A stretch of DNA of 50,865 bases. It comes from a virus. The position numbers and the translations under genes are program-made. Positions within the stretch are counted from its first letter, which is position 1; each line of letters begins with the position of its first letter. Under the pieces are notes generated by a model. The model was not told the origin of the DNA. It did no database searches and saw only the letters and a program-made list of their open reading frames with translations. Location: IMG/VR virus record IMGVR_UViG_3300045988_090630, one strand, 5' to 3'. Shown one piece after another: positions 14,830-24,401 of the stretch.

Positions 14830-16109
14830 GAGCCGGGGACACTCTTGGCGGTCGTGAGGTTGAGCATACCCTGCGACGTGTTGAAGACGTAGTAGGTTCC
14901 GGGCCGCCGTACCCCGGACGGGTTTCCGGGTTTGACTTGCCCTGCTGCTGCCTCGGCTGCGGTGTAGTATCCCTTTTTCGTGGTCTTGAGTTCGTAGGTG
15001 TCGCCCTTAGTTGGAGTGCCGCTGGAGGAACTCTCGCTATTTTTGGAGGACGACGATTTTTTGCTTTTGGACCGCTCCGCGACCGTGCTGGACTGAGTTT
15101 TTACATCGGTGATGCGCTTCTCCACCTTTCGGAGTTTCAGGGCGGTCTTGTATCCGCTGTCTCCACCGAGCGTGTGAATTGCCTTGTCGACGTAATACTT
15201 GCCGCTCAACTTGCCGAGGCCAACGATCAGGACGCAAGCCGTTGCGAAAATGTACCATCTTCCCTTGAGCGTAAGGTTCAGGGTCGTGGTGCCTTTATTC
15301 GCGCTGTTCAGTGCGGCCAGAGCGATGGCGGTCGCCTCGGTCAAATTTTCTGCAGCCTCGTTGCAGGTCAGGATGCGGTCTCCATCTCCGGCCTCGACCG
15401 TGAAGGTCTTGTTTTTCTTGGAGTTGGTGTACTCGTACTTGACCCCGGTGTAAGTCCCGGCGATGGAGGTGTTCCATGACCAGTTGGGGTCGAAGTCCTC
15501 TTCTGTGAGGGTTGCAATGGTCGGCTTCTGTTCGTATGTGGCCTCGTCGAAGACCACGATCTTGCCGTTGAAGATCTTCATGGCGAAGCCGTATTTTGTG
15601 ACCAGCGAATTGTAAAAGCTGCAATCGTCTTGATCGTTCTGCTCTACCTTTTCGATGGTCATTTCCTTGGCCTCGTAGAACAGCGCAATCCCGGCCCGCT
15701 CCGCGACCTTTTGCCCGATCTCCTTGAGGTTCGTTTTCTCGTAGGTCTGGGTACGCTTGGTCGATTTGAAGCTGCTTGTGGCCGGAATCGCCACGCCGTC
15801 CAAAGACATTCTGATGGGATTGCCCTTGAAAGAGAAATCATCCACGCAAAATGCGCCACACAGGAAAGAGGTTTTGATGTTGTCCACGTCCCAGTTCTGT
15901 GTTCTGATCGTTGGCTTCAGACGGTCCCCGGTTTGGGGAAGCCATGGCCCGATCCACTTTCGGTCCCGGTCGTTCAACTCGACGCTGATCGTGTCGCTGG
16001 AACCGCTGGACACATCGGTGTAGGTAAAAGAGGCGAGGTATGGGGAAACCTGCGCCGTGGCATTTTTGCCGTTGTACAGAAGTGCGACGGATGCCTTGCG
16101 TGGCTCCAC
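14811..16109 (-). CDS. Baseplate hub protein, P2 gpD/XkdQ-like, with a Ser-rich linker and extra C-terminal domain
   Basis: Follows the tape measure and the gpX-like gene. The C-terminal 88 aa are SKSKKSSSSKNSESSSS plus GTYYVFNTSQGMLNLT...PGSWINPN. Confidence 0.7.
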   Translation of the reverse strand: MEPRKASVALLYNGKNATAQVSPYLASFTYTDVSSGSSDTISVELNDRDRKWIGPWLPQTGDRLKPTIRTQNWDVDNIKTSFLCGAFCVDDFSFKGNPIRMSLDGVAIPATSSFKSTKRTQTYEKTNLKEIGQKVAERAGIALFYEAKEMTIEKVEQNDQDDCSFYNSLVTKYGFAMKIFNGKIVVFDEATYEQKPTIATLTEEDFDPNWSWNTSIAGTYTGVKYEYTNSKKNKTFTVEAGDGDRILTCNEAAENLTEATAIALAALNSANKGTTTLNLTLKGRWYIFATACVLIVGLGKLSGKYYVDKAIHTLGGDSGYKTALKLRKVEKRITDVKTQSSTVAERSKSKKSSSSKNSESSSSGTPTKGDTYELKTTKKGYYTAAEAAAGQVKPGNPSGVRRPGTYYVFNTSQGMLNLTTAKSVPGSWINPN

Positions 16110-16112
16110 TTG

Positions 16113-16331
16113 CTACCGCCTCCATTCGGGCAGGTCGTCTGCTTCCACGAAGGATGCTTCCTCCGAAACCTCCGGCACAAAGACTTCAACCCCTGCGGGG
16201 AAGACCTCTGTGTCGAGGAGCCGGATGTTCTCCCTCGCTTCCATCAGAGCCTGTATTTTGGTTTCGTTGCCGTAGGTGGCACGAGCGATGGTGTCGAACG
16301 TGTCACCCTGAACCGTTGTGTAGATCGCCAT
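16113..16331 (-). CDS. Tail protein X-like (LysM-like)
   Basis: MAIYTTVQGDTFDTIARATYGNE resembles the N-terminus of P2 gpX / XkdP. Confidence 0.7.
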   Translation of the reverse strand: MAIYTTVQGDTFDTIARATYGNETKIQALMEARENIRLLDTEVFPAGVEVFVPEVSEEASFVEADDLPEWRR

Positions 16332-16345
16332 CGACTGCCCTCCTG

Positions 16346-19300
16346 TTAGAAGTCTGTTCGGTCATGGTTTCGCTTCCACTTGTCCATCATCTCGTTGAAT
16401 TCTTCTTGCGAGATTCTGCCCGCCTCGACCAGATCCTCTTTGGACGGGGTGCCGCCGTAGAACTGGTAGGTCGGGTTGTAGATGATGGAGGGAGCGGGGC
16501 CGGGCTGCCCACCGCCAGCCGGTGCGGGCTGAGGGCGGTTGCCCCGCAGAGCATCCAGCAGAGCCGTGATGCTGTAGCCGGTGCCGGAGATGCCCTGCAG
16601 CTTGTCTGCAAGGAAACCCAGCCCGGTGCCGATCATGTTTCCGAGGCTGCCGTCGCTGTTTCCAGCGTTGACTGCCTGCAGGGTGTCGGCCAGCATAGAG
16701 CGCATCTGCGTCCACAGTTCCGAGAGCGGGAGAACGGCTTCTTTTCCGGCCTCGCCGCCGCCCAGCAGCTTGTTGCCCATCGCACCGAAGATCTGCGCAC
16801 CGTTCAGGATGCCGCCCTCTTTGTACCACTCGATTCCGAAATGCGGAACGCTGGGCGGCGAGAGGGAAAAGTCGCCGGTGATGCTGACGTGGGGCAGCTT
16901 CAGCTTCGGCAGGGACCAAGAGAAATTAAATTTCTGCTTGATGGCCGAGATCACGGAGCCGACCGCGTTCTTGGCAGCCTCCATCTTGCCGACGATGGCG
17001 TTATAGATGCTGCCGAAGATGTTCTCCACGGTCGTGCGGGCGGCGGTCAGTGCGGTGGAGATCGCCGTGCGGATACCGGCCACCGCGCTGCTGACGGCAG
17101 TGCGGGCGGCGGTGATCTTGCCGGTGATCGCAGAGCGGGCCGCCTCAAATGCAGAACTCGCCACGCTGGAGATTGCTCCCCATGCGGTAGCTGCTGCGGA
17201 GTGCATCGCCGAAAGGATACCGTCTGCGGTTTCTTTGGCTGCTGTCAGCTTTTGGGAGATGTACTCTTTGACGGCCTCGTAAGCTGCCGAGGTCTTTTCA
17301 GTCACCGCCGTCCATGCTCCGCTCACGGCAGAGCCGATGGCAGAGAGGATGGGTCCGAAGAAGGACTGGATGGCAGCCCACTTTTCGGAGATCGCGGAGC
17401 CGATGGCGGTCAGTGCGGTGGAGATCGCCGTGCGGATTGCCTCCCATACGGCGAGGACCGTATCCCTGCAATTCTGCCAGATGAACTGGAACGGCAGGGT
17501 GATGATCTGGAATGCTGCACTCAAAACCTCGCCGATCAGCATGATGCCGACCTGAACGGCATTCTTGATGGTCTGCCACGCTGCGGAGGCTGCCGCCGTG
17601 ATGCTCTGCCAGACCCCGGACAGGAATTCGACCGCTGCGGTGAATTTCTGTCTTGCTGCAGAGAAGAACTCAGCGATGGAGGACTGGGCGTTGCTCAGGA
17701 ACGCTGCAGCAGATGCCACGGCGTTCTGTGTCGCTGCGATGACCTGAGAAAGCGCACCCTTGATGGCCGTGAATATGGCGTTCACGCCGTCGCGGAACCA
17801 CTCACACTTGGTGTAGAGCAGAACGATGATGGCGATGGCTGCTGCAATGGCGGCGATGATGATTCCGATGGGATTTGCGGTCATCGCTGCGCTCAGTGCT
17901 TTCTGTGCGCCGGTCGCCACGGCGGTGACCTTTGCCCATCCAGCTTGTGCCAGCTGGGATACCGTGACCTGCTTCGTAAAGAGAGCCACGAGGACTTCGT
18001 TCAGCTTGAGGGTGCCATTAAAGGCTGCCTGTGCGATGTTGGCATTTTTGGTACTCATCGCAAACAGCTTCAGCTGCACCTGCGCCATCTGAAATCCGTT
18101 GATGATGGACTGGATACCCTGCCCGGCTTTGAACGCCACAAGGACTGCCGCCGCTGCGATCAGCTCATCCCGGAACCGGGACACGGAGTCGAGGGAGGAC
18201 AGCATCTTGTTGGCGAAGTCTGCCGAGACCTGAATCGCGGTCAAAAGGCCATCGACCAGAGCCGTGACGAACGGCGTGGCCCTCTGGATGCCCTCGGCGA
18301 TTAGGTTGATGGTCGTGATCGCAAGGCTGCCGAGGCTGTCGAACAGGTCCTTGTGGTCCACGATGACTGCGCCGACCGCTGCGAATGCGCCGCCGACCTT
18401 TTCGAGTGCGGGGACGCAATTCTGGGCGAATGCCTCAACCTTGGGCAGGGCGTACTCTACAAAGGCGTTGCCCGCTGCGGCGATTCGGTCGGTAATCGAC
18501 GGAATTACAGCTGAGACGGCATTGATGGCATCCTTGGCGGCGGGCGCAAAAGTCTGCGCCAGCCGGATCTTCATGTCATCCATTGCGCTACCGAAGATGG
18601 AGATTGCACCTTGCAGCGTGTCGGTGACCGTAGCGGCCATCGTGCTGAGTGCGCCGTCCGCATTGTAGAGGTCATCGGTCAGGGCCTCCCACTCGCTGCG
18701 GCCATCTGCCGTGGTGGTGTTCAGGCCGGAGATTAGGTCGTTCAGGGCATCGATATGCTCTTTACCGCCAAGGGCTGCGAGTGCAGCGTTTCGCTGTTCC
18801 TCGGTCATGCCCTTGGTAGCCTCGTCTACGACCCGGATGGTTTCGGCCAATCCGATGAACTTTCCGCTGCTGTCAAAAGCGGAAATGCCGAGCTTGTCCA
18901 TCATTTTGCCGGCCTGTCCTGTACCTGTCGTGAGGTTGTTGATCACGGCATTCAGGGCGGTTCCGGCTTCGGAGCCTTTGATGCCTCGGTTGGCCAGCAC
19001 ACCGAGGGCGGCGGCAGATTCCTGAATCGGAACGTTCAGGTTTTTCATCGTGCCGCCGACCGCGATGTATGCCTCCATCAGCATCTGTGCGGTCTGGTTG
19101 GACTTGTTGTTGGCCATCGCTGCCACGTCGAGATATTCGCCGAGGTCGTCAACCTGCAGACCAAGGGCAGAGAGCGAATCCGTTACAAGGTCGGAGCAGG
19201 TAGCGAGGTCCATCTGCGTGGCCTCCGAAAGCCGGAGGATGGGTTCCAGTCCTGCGATGGACTCATTCACATCCCACCCGGCGAGGCTCATGTAACCGAG

Positions 19301-19636
19301 GGCCTCTGCACTCTCTGTGGCAGTTTTCGTGGTGGCCTTGCCCATATCCAGTGCCGCTTGCTGGAGGCGGGCGTAATCGTCAGCGGTTGCACCGCAGATG
19401 GCTGCGGTGTTCGCCATTGCCTGATCAAAGTCGGCGTATGTATTGACGGCATCGCCAACAAACTGGCCGATCTTGAGGGCACCCCATGCGGCGGCTGCTA
19501 CGGCGGCGGCTTTTGCGGCGATGGAACCAAGGGACTGCATTTTTGTTTCGGCGGTCCCCATTGCGTTGTTGAAGCTGCTGGATACTGAACCGGCGATCTT
19601 GACCGCCAGCTTATACTCTTTCCCTGCGGCTGCCAT
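16346..19636 (-). CDS. Tail tape measure protein (1096 aa)
   Basis: Size, Ala/Gly-rich helical repeats and the position after the chaperone genes. Confidence 0.9.
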   Translation of the reverse strand: MAAAGKEYKLAVKIAGSVSSSFNNAMGTAETKMQSLGSIAAKAAAVAAAAWGALKIGQFVGDAVNTYADFDQAMANTAAICGATADDYARLQQAALDMGKATTKTATESAEALGYMSLAGWDVNESIAGLEPILRLSEATQMDLATCSDLVTDSLSALGLQVDDLGEYLDVAAMANNKSNQTAQMLMEAYIAVGGTMKNLNVPIQESAAALGVLANRGIKGSEAGTALNAVINNLTTGTGQAGKMMDKLGISAFDSSGKFIGLAETIRVVDEATKGMTEEQRNAALAALGGKEHIDALNDLISGLNTTTADGRSEWEALTDDLYNADGALSTMAATVTDTLQGAISIFGSAMDDMKIRLAQTFAPAAKDAINAVSAVIPSITDRIAAAGNAFVEYALPKVEAFAQNCVPALEKVGGAFAAVGAVIVDHKDLFDSLGSLAITTINLIAEGIQRATPFVTALVDGLLTAIQVSADFANKMLSSLDSVSRFRDELIAAAAVLVAFKAGQGIQSIINGFQMAQVQLKLFAMSTKNANIAQAAFNGTLKLNEVLVALFTKQVTVSQLAQAGWAKVTAVATGAQKALSAAMTANPIGIIIAAIAAAIAIIVLLYTKCEWFRDGVNAIFTAIKGALSQVIAATQNAVASAAAFLSNAQSSIAEFFSAARQKFTAAVEFLSGVWQSITAAASAAWQTIKNAVQVGIMLIGEVLSAAFQIITLPFQFIWQNCRDTVLAVWEAIRTAISTALTAIGSAISEKWAAIQSFFGPILSAIGSAVSGAWTAVTEKTSAAYEAVKEYISQKLTAAKETADGILSAMHSAAATAWGAISSVASSAFEAARSAITGKITAARTAVSSAVAGIRTAISTALTAARTTVENIFGSIYNAIVGKMEAAKNAVGSVISAIKQKFNFSWSLPKLKLPHVSITGDFSLSPPSVPHFGIEWYKEGGILNGAQIFGAMGNKLLGGGEAGKEAVLPLSELWTQMRSMLADTLQAVNAGNSDGSLGNMIGTGLGFLADKLQGISGTGYSITALLDALRGNRPQPAPAGGGQPGPAPSIIYNPTYQFYGGTPSKEDLVEAGRISQEEFNEMMDKWKRNHDRTDF

Positions 19637-19793
19637 CGGCTGTCTTTGCCACCTCCTTTGTGGTCGCTATCAGGTCAGACAGCGGCATTTTGAGAAAAAG
19701 GCCGAGGTCTGAATGAAGCGACATCGAAAGATTGATGCAGATGCTTCTCAGGTCGTCGCTGTGCCCTGCGCTCAGTCCTCGCTGTAGAAAAAA
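19611..19793 (-). other. -1 frame extension of the tail assembly chaperone (G/GT-type programmed frameshift)
   Basis: Slippery T TTT TTC at 19793-19787, near the end of 19772..20104. The -1 frame stays open to TAA at 19611-19613. Confidence 0.7.
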
Positions 19794-20104
19794 GAGGTCA
19801 CGCGGTTCTTAACCTTGAGGGCATCCTTGGGCGGCAGACCCCTGAAGAACTCGATGGGCTGCTTCGCTGCACGGGCGGCAATGAAACAGGCGTATTCGAG
19901 CGTCATCTCCGGCATAACGGAGAAACTGCCGCTGCGGGTGAGGTAGCGGTCGGCGGCGATCATGTCCTCTGCGGACAGGTCATCCATGCCGGACAGGTCC
20001 ACCTCGGTGTAGTCCTTGCCCTCGAAGCGATAGGCTTTGCTGAACTTTACGAGGGTGGAGGATTCATCCTCCTGTGCGTTGGTCAAAATCTTTTCGTCTG
20101 CCAT
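19772..20104 (-). CDS. Tail assembly chaperone
   Basis: 110 aa between the tube and tape-measure genes. A slippery heptamer lies near its 3' end. Confidence 0.75.
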   Translation of the reverse strand: MADEKILTNAQEDESSTLVKFSKAYRFEGKDYTEVDLSGMDDLSAEDMIAADRYLTRSGSFSVMPEMTLEYACFIAARAAKQPIEFFRGLPPKDALKVKNRVTSFFYSED

Positions 20105-20628
20105 TAGGTGTACTTCCTCACTTTCGCCAGCAGGTCAACGCCGTTGACCTTGAACACGCTATTGAGCTTGTCCAGCTCAAACTTCGGGCTGCCATCCAGT
20201 TCGATGTAGATGTAGGTCAGGCCGAGGGTGACGGAGCCGTTCATGGCCTTGCCCTGCTTCATGTCGCCGGGGGACAGCTTCTTTGCCCGGCCACGAAAAA
20301 CGACACGCATACCCATCTGGTCTACGTTGCCGGTGGCCCGGTCTGTGTACTGCTGCGAACCGCGCAGAACCAGTTCAACCGCTTTCGTGGTGTCGATCAT
20401 CTTGAAGACATCCTCCGAAAGCATATTGAAGGCGATTTCCTGCTCCATGTCACCGTAGCGGCCAGTGATCACGGTCTCGAACTCGCCGAGGATGCCGCAG
20501 CCCTTGATCGTTTCGGTCAGGCCCTCCAGATCAGGCAGCTTGACTTCGCCGGTGGTGCCGACCAGCCGATTGCCGGACAGGTAGGCGTTGTAGTCGTTGA
20601 GGACTTCGGGAATGCCGTTAATAGCCAT
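20104..20628 (-). CDS. Tail tube protein (P2 FII-like)
   Basis: 174 aa, directly after the sheath gene with an ATGA-type junction. Confidence 0.8.
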   Translation of the reverse strand: MAINGIPEVLNDYNAYLSGNRLVGTTGEVKLPDLEGLTETIKGCGILGEFETVITGRYGDMEQEIAFNMLSEDVFKMIDTTKAVELVLRGSQQYTDRATGNVDQMGMRVVFRGRAKKLSPGDMKQGKAMNGSVTLGLTYIYIELDGSPKFELDKLNSVFKVNGVDLLAKVRKYT

Positions 20629-22100
20629 TAGTTGCTACCTCCGTTGATGCTTGCGTACAGCATAGCCGGGTCAAACTCCAGCGTGTTGGTAATGTACTCT
20701 GCGGGCACGAACGGGGCCAGTTTCTGATGGAACGTCACCTTGCCGCTGATGATGTCGGTGGCGGTGTTTTCCTCTGCCCGGAACTCGATGTGTGCCCCAG
20801 CGCACTTGTTCTGTGCGACGTAGGAGTTGCCACGGATGTTCTCGCTGTCCACGATGTTCTCCACCAGCTGGACGCTGATGGGGCCGTCGACGTGCTGGTT
20901 GTAGGTCAGGATGAAGCTGTTGCCCCACCAACTAAAGAAGCGGCGGCAGCAGAACCAGCGATCCTTGGGGTCGGTGCTGCCCGGATAGGCTGCGGTGTTG
21001 TTGCCCCACAGCCGCCAGCCGTTCTGGTTGATGGCGGTGGTCACGCCTACGCCGTTCAGGGCGTTGGCCTGTACCTGATCCAGAACGACCTCGGTTCCGT
21101 CTGCCAGACAGGTGCCGGTGATGCTGATCGTCTTGTTGGAGGGGGACAGGTAGGGAACATTGTCGTTGGCTGCATCCAGATATGCAGTGCGGGCTGCAAC
21201 GACTGCGCTGGCCCACAGGATATAGCTGCCAACCCGGAAGCAGGGCCAGAGCGGATATGCGTGTTCGCTGCTGACACCTGCACCCTCTTTCTTGGCCTTG
21301 ACCTCGGTGTAGACCTTTGCGCCCTTCTCGGCGGTGCTGTCGATGTCGACGATGCACTCACATTTGAACACGCCATTGATCTCGACGCACTTGGCAGCGA
21401 GAACCAGGCCGACGTCCGGGTCATGCGACCAGCCGGGGGCCAACAGCAGACCGGGGGTCACGCCGAACTTGGGATAGATCTGGCGGACCAGCTCCATGCC
21501 GGTCTCTGCGCCGGTGCTGGCGTTGTAGCCGCCGACCACATCTGCCGCAGTGACCGCAGTCGGGTCGATGCTGGTAGAAGTGACGCTCAGAGACTTGGCC
21601 TCCTTACCTGCGCCGGTTGCGGTCAGGGTGATGACCAGATAGCCGTTGCTGTCAAACTCGGTGACGTAGTCGGTGTTCACTTTCAGGGCGGTGCCGCTCT
21701 CGGTGTCCTTTTTCACACTGACCGTGTCGGCGAGGATGCCGTCAACCTGAACAGTTGCCTGCATATTTTCCACCGGGACAGTCGATGCAGCGTTCTGCTT
21801 CTTGTGCTTCTTGGGGTCCAGAACGTTTACGAAGATCACCGGGGCGACTGCGTACAACTGGAAGCTGGCATAAATACTCTGACACAGGGTGTACTTCTTG
21901 AAATCGTAGCTGAAGCCCAGCTGCTTTACCGCCTCTGCGTAGCTGTATGCGATGATGGGCACGTTGGTGGCAGAGTACGGATCTTCGGCGAGGTTGATGG
22001 GGGCCGTACCGAACACGACCTGAATCGCAGAGTCGCCCTTAATGGGGGCGGTCAGGCTCGTGGCCTGTTCGAGAACGGTAATGCCATGCTGATATGCCAT
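20628..22100 (-). CDS. Contractile tail sheath protein
   Basis: 490 aa with the N-terminus MAYQHGITVLEQ... Its position fits a sheath gene. Confidence 0.85.
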   Translation of the reverse strand: MAYQHGITVLEQATSLTAPIKGDSAIQVVFGTAPINLAEDPYSATNVPIIAYSYAEAVKQLGFSYDFKKYTLCQSIYASFQLYAVAPVIFVNVLDPKKHKKQNAASTVPVENMQATVQVDGILADTVSVKKDTESGTALKVNTDYVTEFDSNGYLVITLTATGAGKEAKSLSVTSTSIDPTAVTAADVVGGYNASTGAETGMELVRQIYPKFGVTPGLLLAPGWSHDPDVGLVLAAKCVEINGVFKCECIVDIDSTAEKGAKVYTEVKAKKEGAGVSSEHAYPLWPCFRVGSYILWASAVVAARTAYLDAANDNVPYLSPSNKTISITGTCLADGTEVVLDQVQANALNGVGVTTAINQNGWRLWGNNTAAYPGSTDPKDRWFCCRRFFSWWGNSFILTYNQHVDGPISVQLVENIVDSENIRGNSYVAQNKCAGAHIEFRAEENTATDIISGKVTFHQKLAPFVPAEYITNTLEFDPAMLYASINGGSN

Positions 22101-22122
22101 AGGGATTCACTCCTTTCTGAGG

Positions 22123-22377
22123 TTAGTTGCCCTGCTTCTTGTCCAGCTTGGCTGCATAAGCCAGAGCCTTGCGGTAGAAAACGGCAGCAGGGCCTTTGCC
22201 GTTCGTGATCTCCTGCATCGCCTTGGATGCGTTCGCAATGGGAACGCACAGGCTCAGGAGTGCGGGTTCCTCCTGCGCCGCTTCGGTGATCGTCGCAGGG
22301 AGGGCGGTGCCGTCAAAGACGGTGCTTGTGGTGGCCACGCCGATGATGGTCGGGCCGAGGTAGATCGTTTTCTTCAT
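22123..22377 (-). CDS. Hypothetical structural protein (84 aa)
   Basis: Internal ATG at 22377 (MKKTIYLGP...) overlaps the upstream stop (ATGA). Confidence 0.55.
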   Translation of the reverse strand: MKKTIYLGPTIIGVATTSTVFDGTALPATITEAAQEEPALLSLCVPIANASKAMQEITNGKGPAAVFYRKALAYAAKLDKKQGN

Positions 22378-22847
22378 ACGAACTTGTTTGCCTTTCTGCG
22401 GGGAGCGTGAGCTTCCCACGTCATGCCGACCGCACCGAAGAAGTACGGCCAGCTCTGTTCATCCTGAAGTGCCCATGCAAAGCCGTCCCCATCGTCATTG
22501 AAAGCGAAGGGGCCGAGGGTGTTGGATTCCTCGTAGTGCTGCTGCATCGTCTCCATGATTGCGAGGACGCTTGCGTGGCCCTGATTGGTTAAATCGTCAT
22601 CGTAGATGCCGATGCGGAAAACAACAGCAATTTCGTGTGCGGTCATCTGATCCTTGACCCCGCCGCTGTCAAGAACAACGATAATGTAAGGAAACGGGTC
22701 CTTATCTTCCTCGCTCTTGCGTTGGGGCAAATTCTGACGGAACACATGGACAGGTTCCATCTTCCCATCTGGGGTCTTGTATCGTCTGTCCTTAAACAGT
22801 TCAGTCAGGTCTTGCTGGAGCCTGACCTGAAGATCTCTTGCGGTCAT
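22374..22847 (-). CDS. Putative neck / tail-completion protein
   Basis: Track ORF of 157 aa. Called on position only. Confidence 0.5.
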   Translation of the reverse strand: MTARDLQVRLQQDLTELFKDRRYKTPDGKMEPVHVFRQNLPQRKSEEDKDPFPYIIVVLDSGGVKDQMTAHEIAVVFRIGIYDDDLTNQGHASVLAIMETMQQHYEESNTLGPFAFNDDGDGFAWALQDEQSWPYFFGAVGMTWEAHAPRRKANKFV

Positions 22848-23446
22848 CTGGTCACCCTCTTGATCTCTTTGAGAATGTTGTCCATGAGTGTGTCATAGAT
22901 TTCCGGCTCAATAACGCCGTATACCCGGTCTTTGCTGCCGATCATCGTGGGGATGGAGTTCGACAGCAACTTCTTGATCGGGTAGCGGGTCTTGTGGTAT
23001 CGCTGGGCGACTGAAACGTGACCGTTGCGGAACTTCACCAGAAATGCCTTGTTGTTGGATTTCATCAATCCTTTCAGGCTGCTGGAAAGCAGGACCTTGG
23101 CTTTCAGAACGTCAGGCTTGTCTTGGCCGGTACGATATGTGGCGGGTGACACTTTGAAATCTTTTAGTTCCAGCTGTTCCCCGGTGACATTGATCGTGGC
23201 GGTAAGGCTGCTCTCTGTGGCGTTCTGGGTTTTCATGGCCTTGGTGAAGCGGCCCTGCTTTACCGCATAGGTTTCCTGCGCTTTTTTGGCGAGGTCCTTT
23301 TTGGCATCTCTGGCGGTGTCGTTGACGGCGTTCTTCAGAACTCTGCGGCTCTCACTTTTCATGGAGCCGAGGGCATCCTCTATGGTGTGGAGAAGATCTT
23401 CGTCGAACTCAAACCGAAGGATGCCGTCTGAAGAAGATACATTCAT
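22844..23446 (-). CDS. Minor tail protein Z-like (head-tail joining)
   Basis: The C-terminal FRNGHVSVAQRYHKTRYPIKKL... resembles the lambda gpZ pattern (G.WHV.QR....YPI). Confidence 0.55.
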   Translation of the reverse strand: MNVSSSDGILRFEFDEDLLHTIEDALGSMKSESRRVLKNAVNDTARDAKKDLAKKAQETYAVKQGRFTKAMKTQNATESSLTATINVTGEQLELKDFKVSPATYRTGQDKPDVLKAKVLLSSSLKGLMKSNNKAFLVKFRNGHVSVAQRYHKTRYPIKKLLSNSIPTMIGSKDRVYGVIEPEIYDTLMDNILKEIKRVTR

Positions 23447-23781
23447 CTGCTGCGGTTCGCCTCCAGCGTGATGGTGTAAACGCCGCCCTCATCGGTGGCA
23501 TCGACCACGGTGTACATCTTGCCGTCCAGCTTGATCAACCGTTTCTGTGCCGGGAGACCGCTGGGAAACGCAGATGCTTTGACGTAGAGCAGCACCTGCC
23601 GGGCGTGGATACCGTCCATGTTAGACTTCATCCGCTTCTCTCTCTCGATGTTCTCCATGTCGTCAATAAGGGCGGGCACGTTGTTGCCGTCGATGTTGTG
23701 CAGGTCTGCAAACTCGGCGACATTGAGAAAGGTTTCATCAACATCGCGGTCCATGACCTGCTTGAAAGTCATGCTCTGCAT
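23443..23781 (-). CDS. Putative head-tail connector protein
   Basis: Track ORF of 112 aa. Called on position only. Confidence 0.5.
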   Translation of the reverse strand: MQSMTFKQVMDRDVDETFLNVAEFADLHNIDGNNVPALIDDMENIEREKRMKSNMDGIHARQVLLYVKASAFPSGLPAQKRLIKLDGKMYTVVDATDEGGVYTITLEANRSR

Positions 23782-24059
23782 TTTCTGCGCCGCCTTTCCA
23801 CCGTTTCGGGGATTTTCCCGACGAGGTCGTTCCCGGTTAACTCGCCGCCGACAGCGATTCCGGGGAGACCGGGTTCAGCGGTCACCGGGCGGGCTGCCAC
23901 ACCGCTGGGCGGGTGGTAGTCCTCCGGCACCCACATGGCGGTTCCGGCCTCAATCCATGCAGCGGTGTCCTCCGGGCGGTCTGCCGGGAGGAAATCACCG
24001 GGCTTGTACTGGGCAAAGCCGACCTGAATGTGGGCGAGGGCGAGAAGCCGATCAGCCAT
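23769..24059 (-). CDS. Hypothetical head-module protein (96 aa)
   Basis: Track ORF, tightly packed between neighbouring genes. Confidence 0.5.
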   Translation of the reverse strand: MADRLLALAHIQVGFAQYKPGDFLPADRPEDTAAWIEAGTAMWVPEDYHPPSGVAARPVTAEPGLPGIAVGGELTGNDLVGKIPETVERRRRKCRA

Positions 24060-24381
24060 CCAGCTTGACCAGAATCTTGGTGTCCTCGGCGGTTGCGGAT
24101 GCTGCTGCGTAGCCGACTGCGGTATTGCCAGCTGCAGTGTCGGTGATGCCGTTGCCGTCGAAGTACACGGTTGCGCCCATGTCGATCTTCTTGGTGCCGG
24201 TCTTGGGAATCTCCCAGATACCGCCGACGTGCAGGGAGCCGACCTTGTTCGGCTCGATGTCGGTGCCGGTCACGCCGATGTGGTCGCCGATTTTGACGAT
24301 GGTGTTCGCGGGAATGGTGGCGGTGGTGGTGTTGGTGTAGTCCAGAGCCTCACCGCGCTGCCAGAATTCAGCTTTTGCCAT
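24052..24381 (-). CDS. DUF2190-like small head protein (possible decoration protein)
   Basis: 109 aa, directly downstream of the MCP. MAKAEFWQRGEALDY... is typical of this family. Confidence 0.6.
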   Translation of the reverse strand: MAKAEFWQRGEALDYTNTTTATIPANTIVKIGDHIGVTGTDIEPNKVGSLHVGGIWEIPKTGTKKIDMGATVYFDGNGITDTAAGNTAVGYAAASATAEDTKILVKLDG

Positions 24382-24401
24382 AACTCATGCACTCCTTTCT
24401 T

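Noticed and set aside
16040-18304. 754-aa + strand ORF, the longest ORF on that strand
   Set aside because: It lies entirely antisense to the tape-measure gene. Its composition is R/G/A/C/H-rich, typical of a GC-rich shadow frame. It has no RBS and fits no module.
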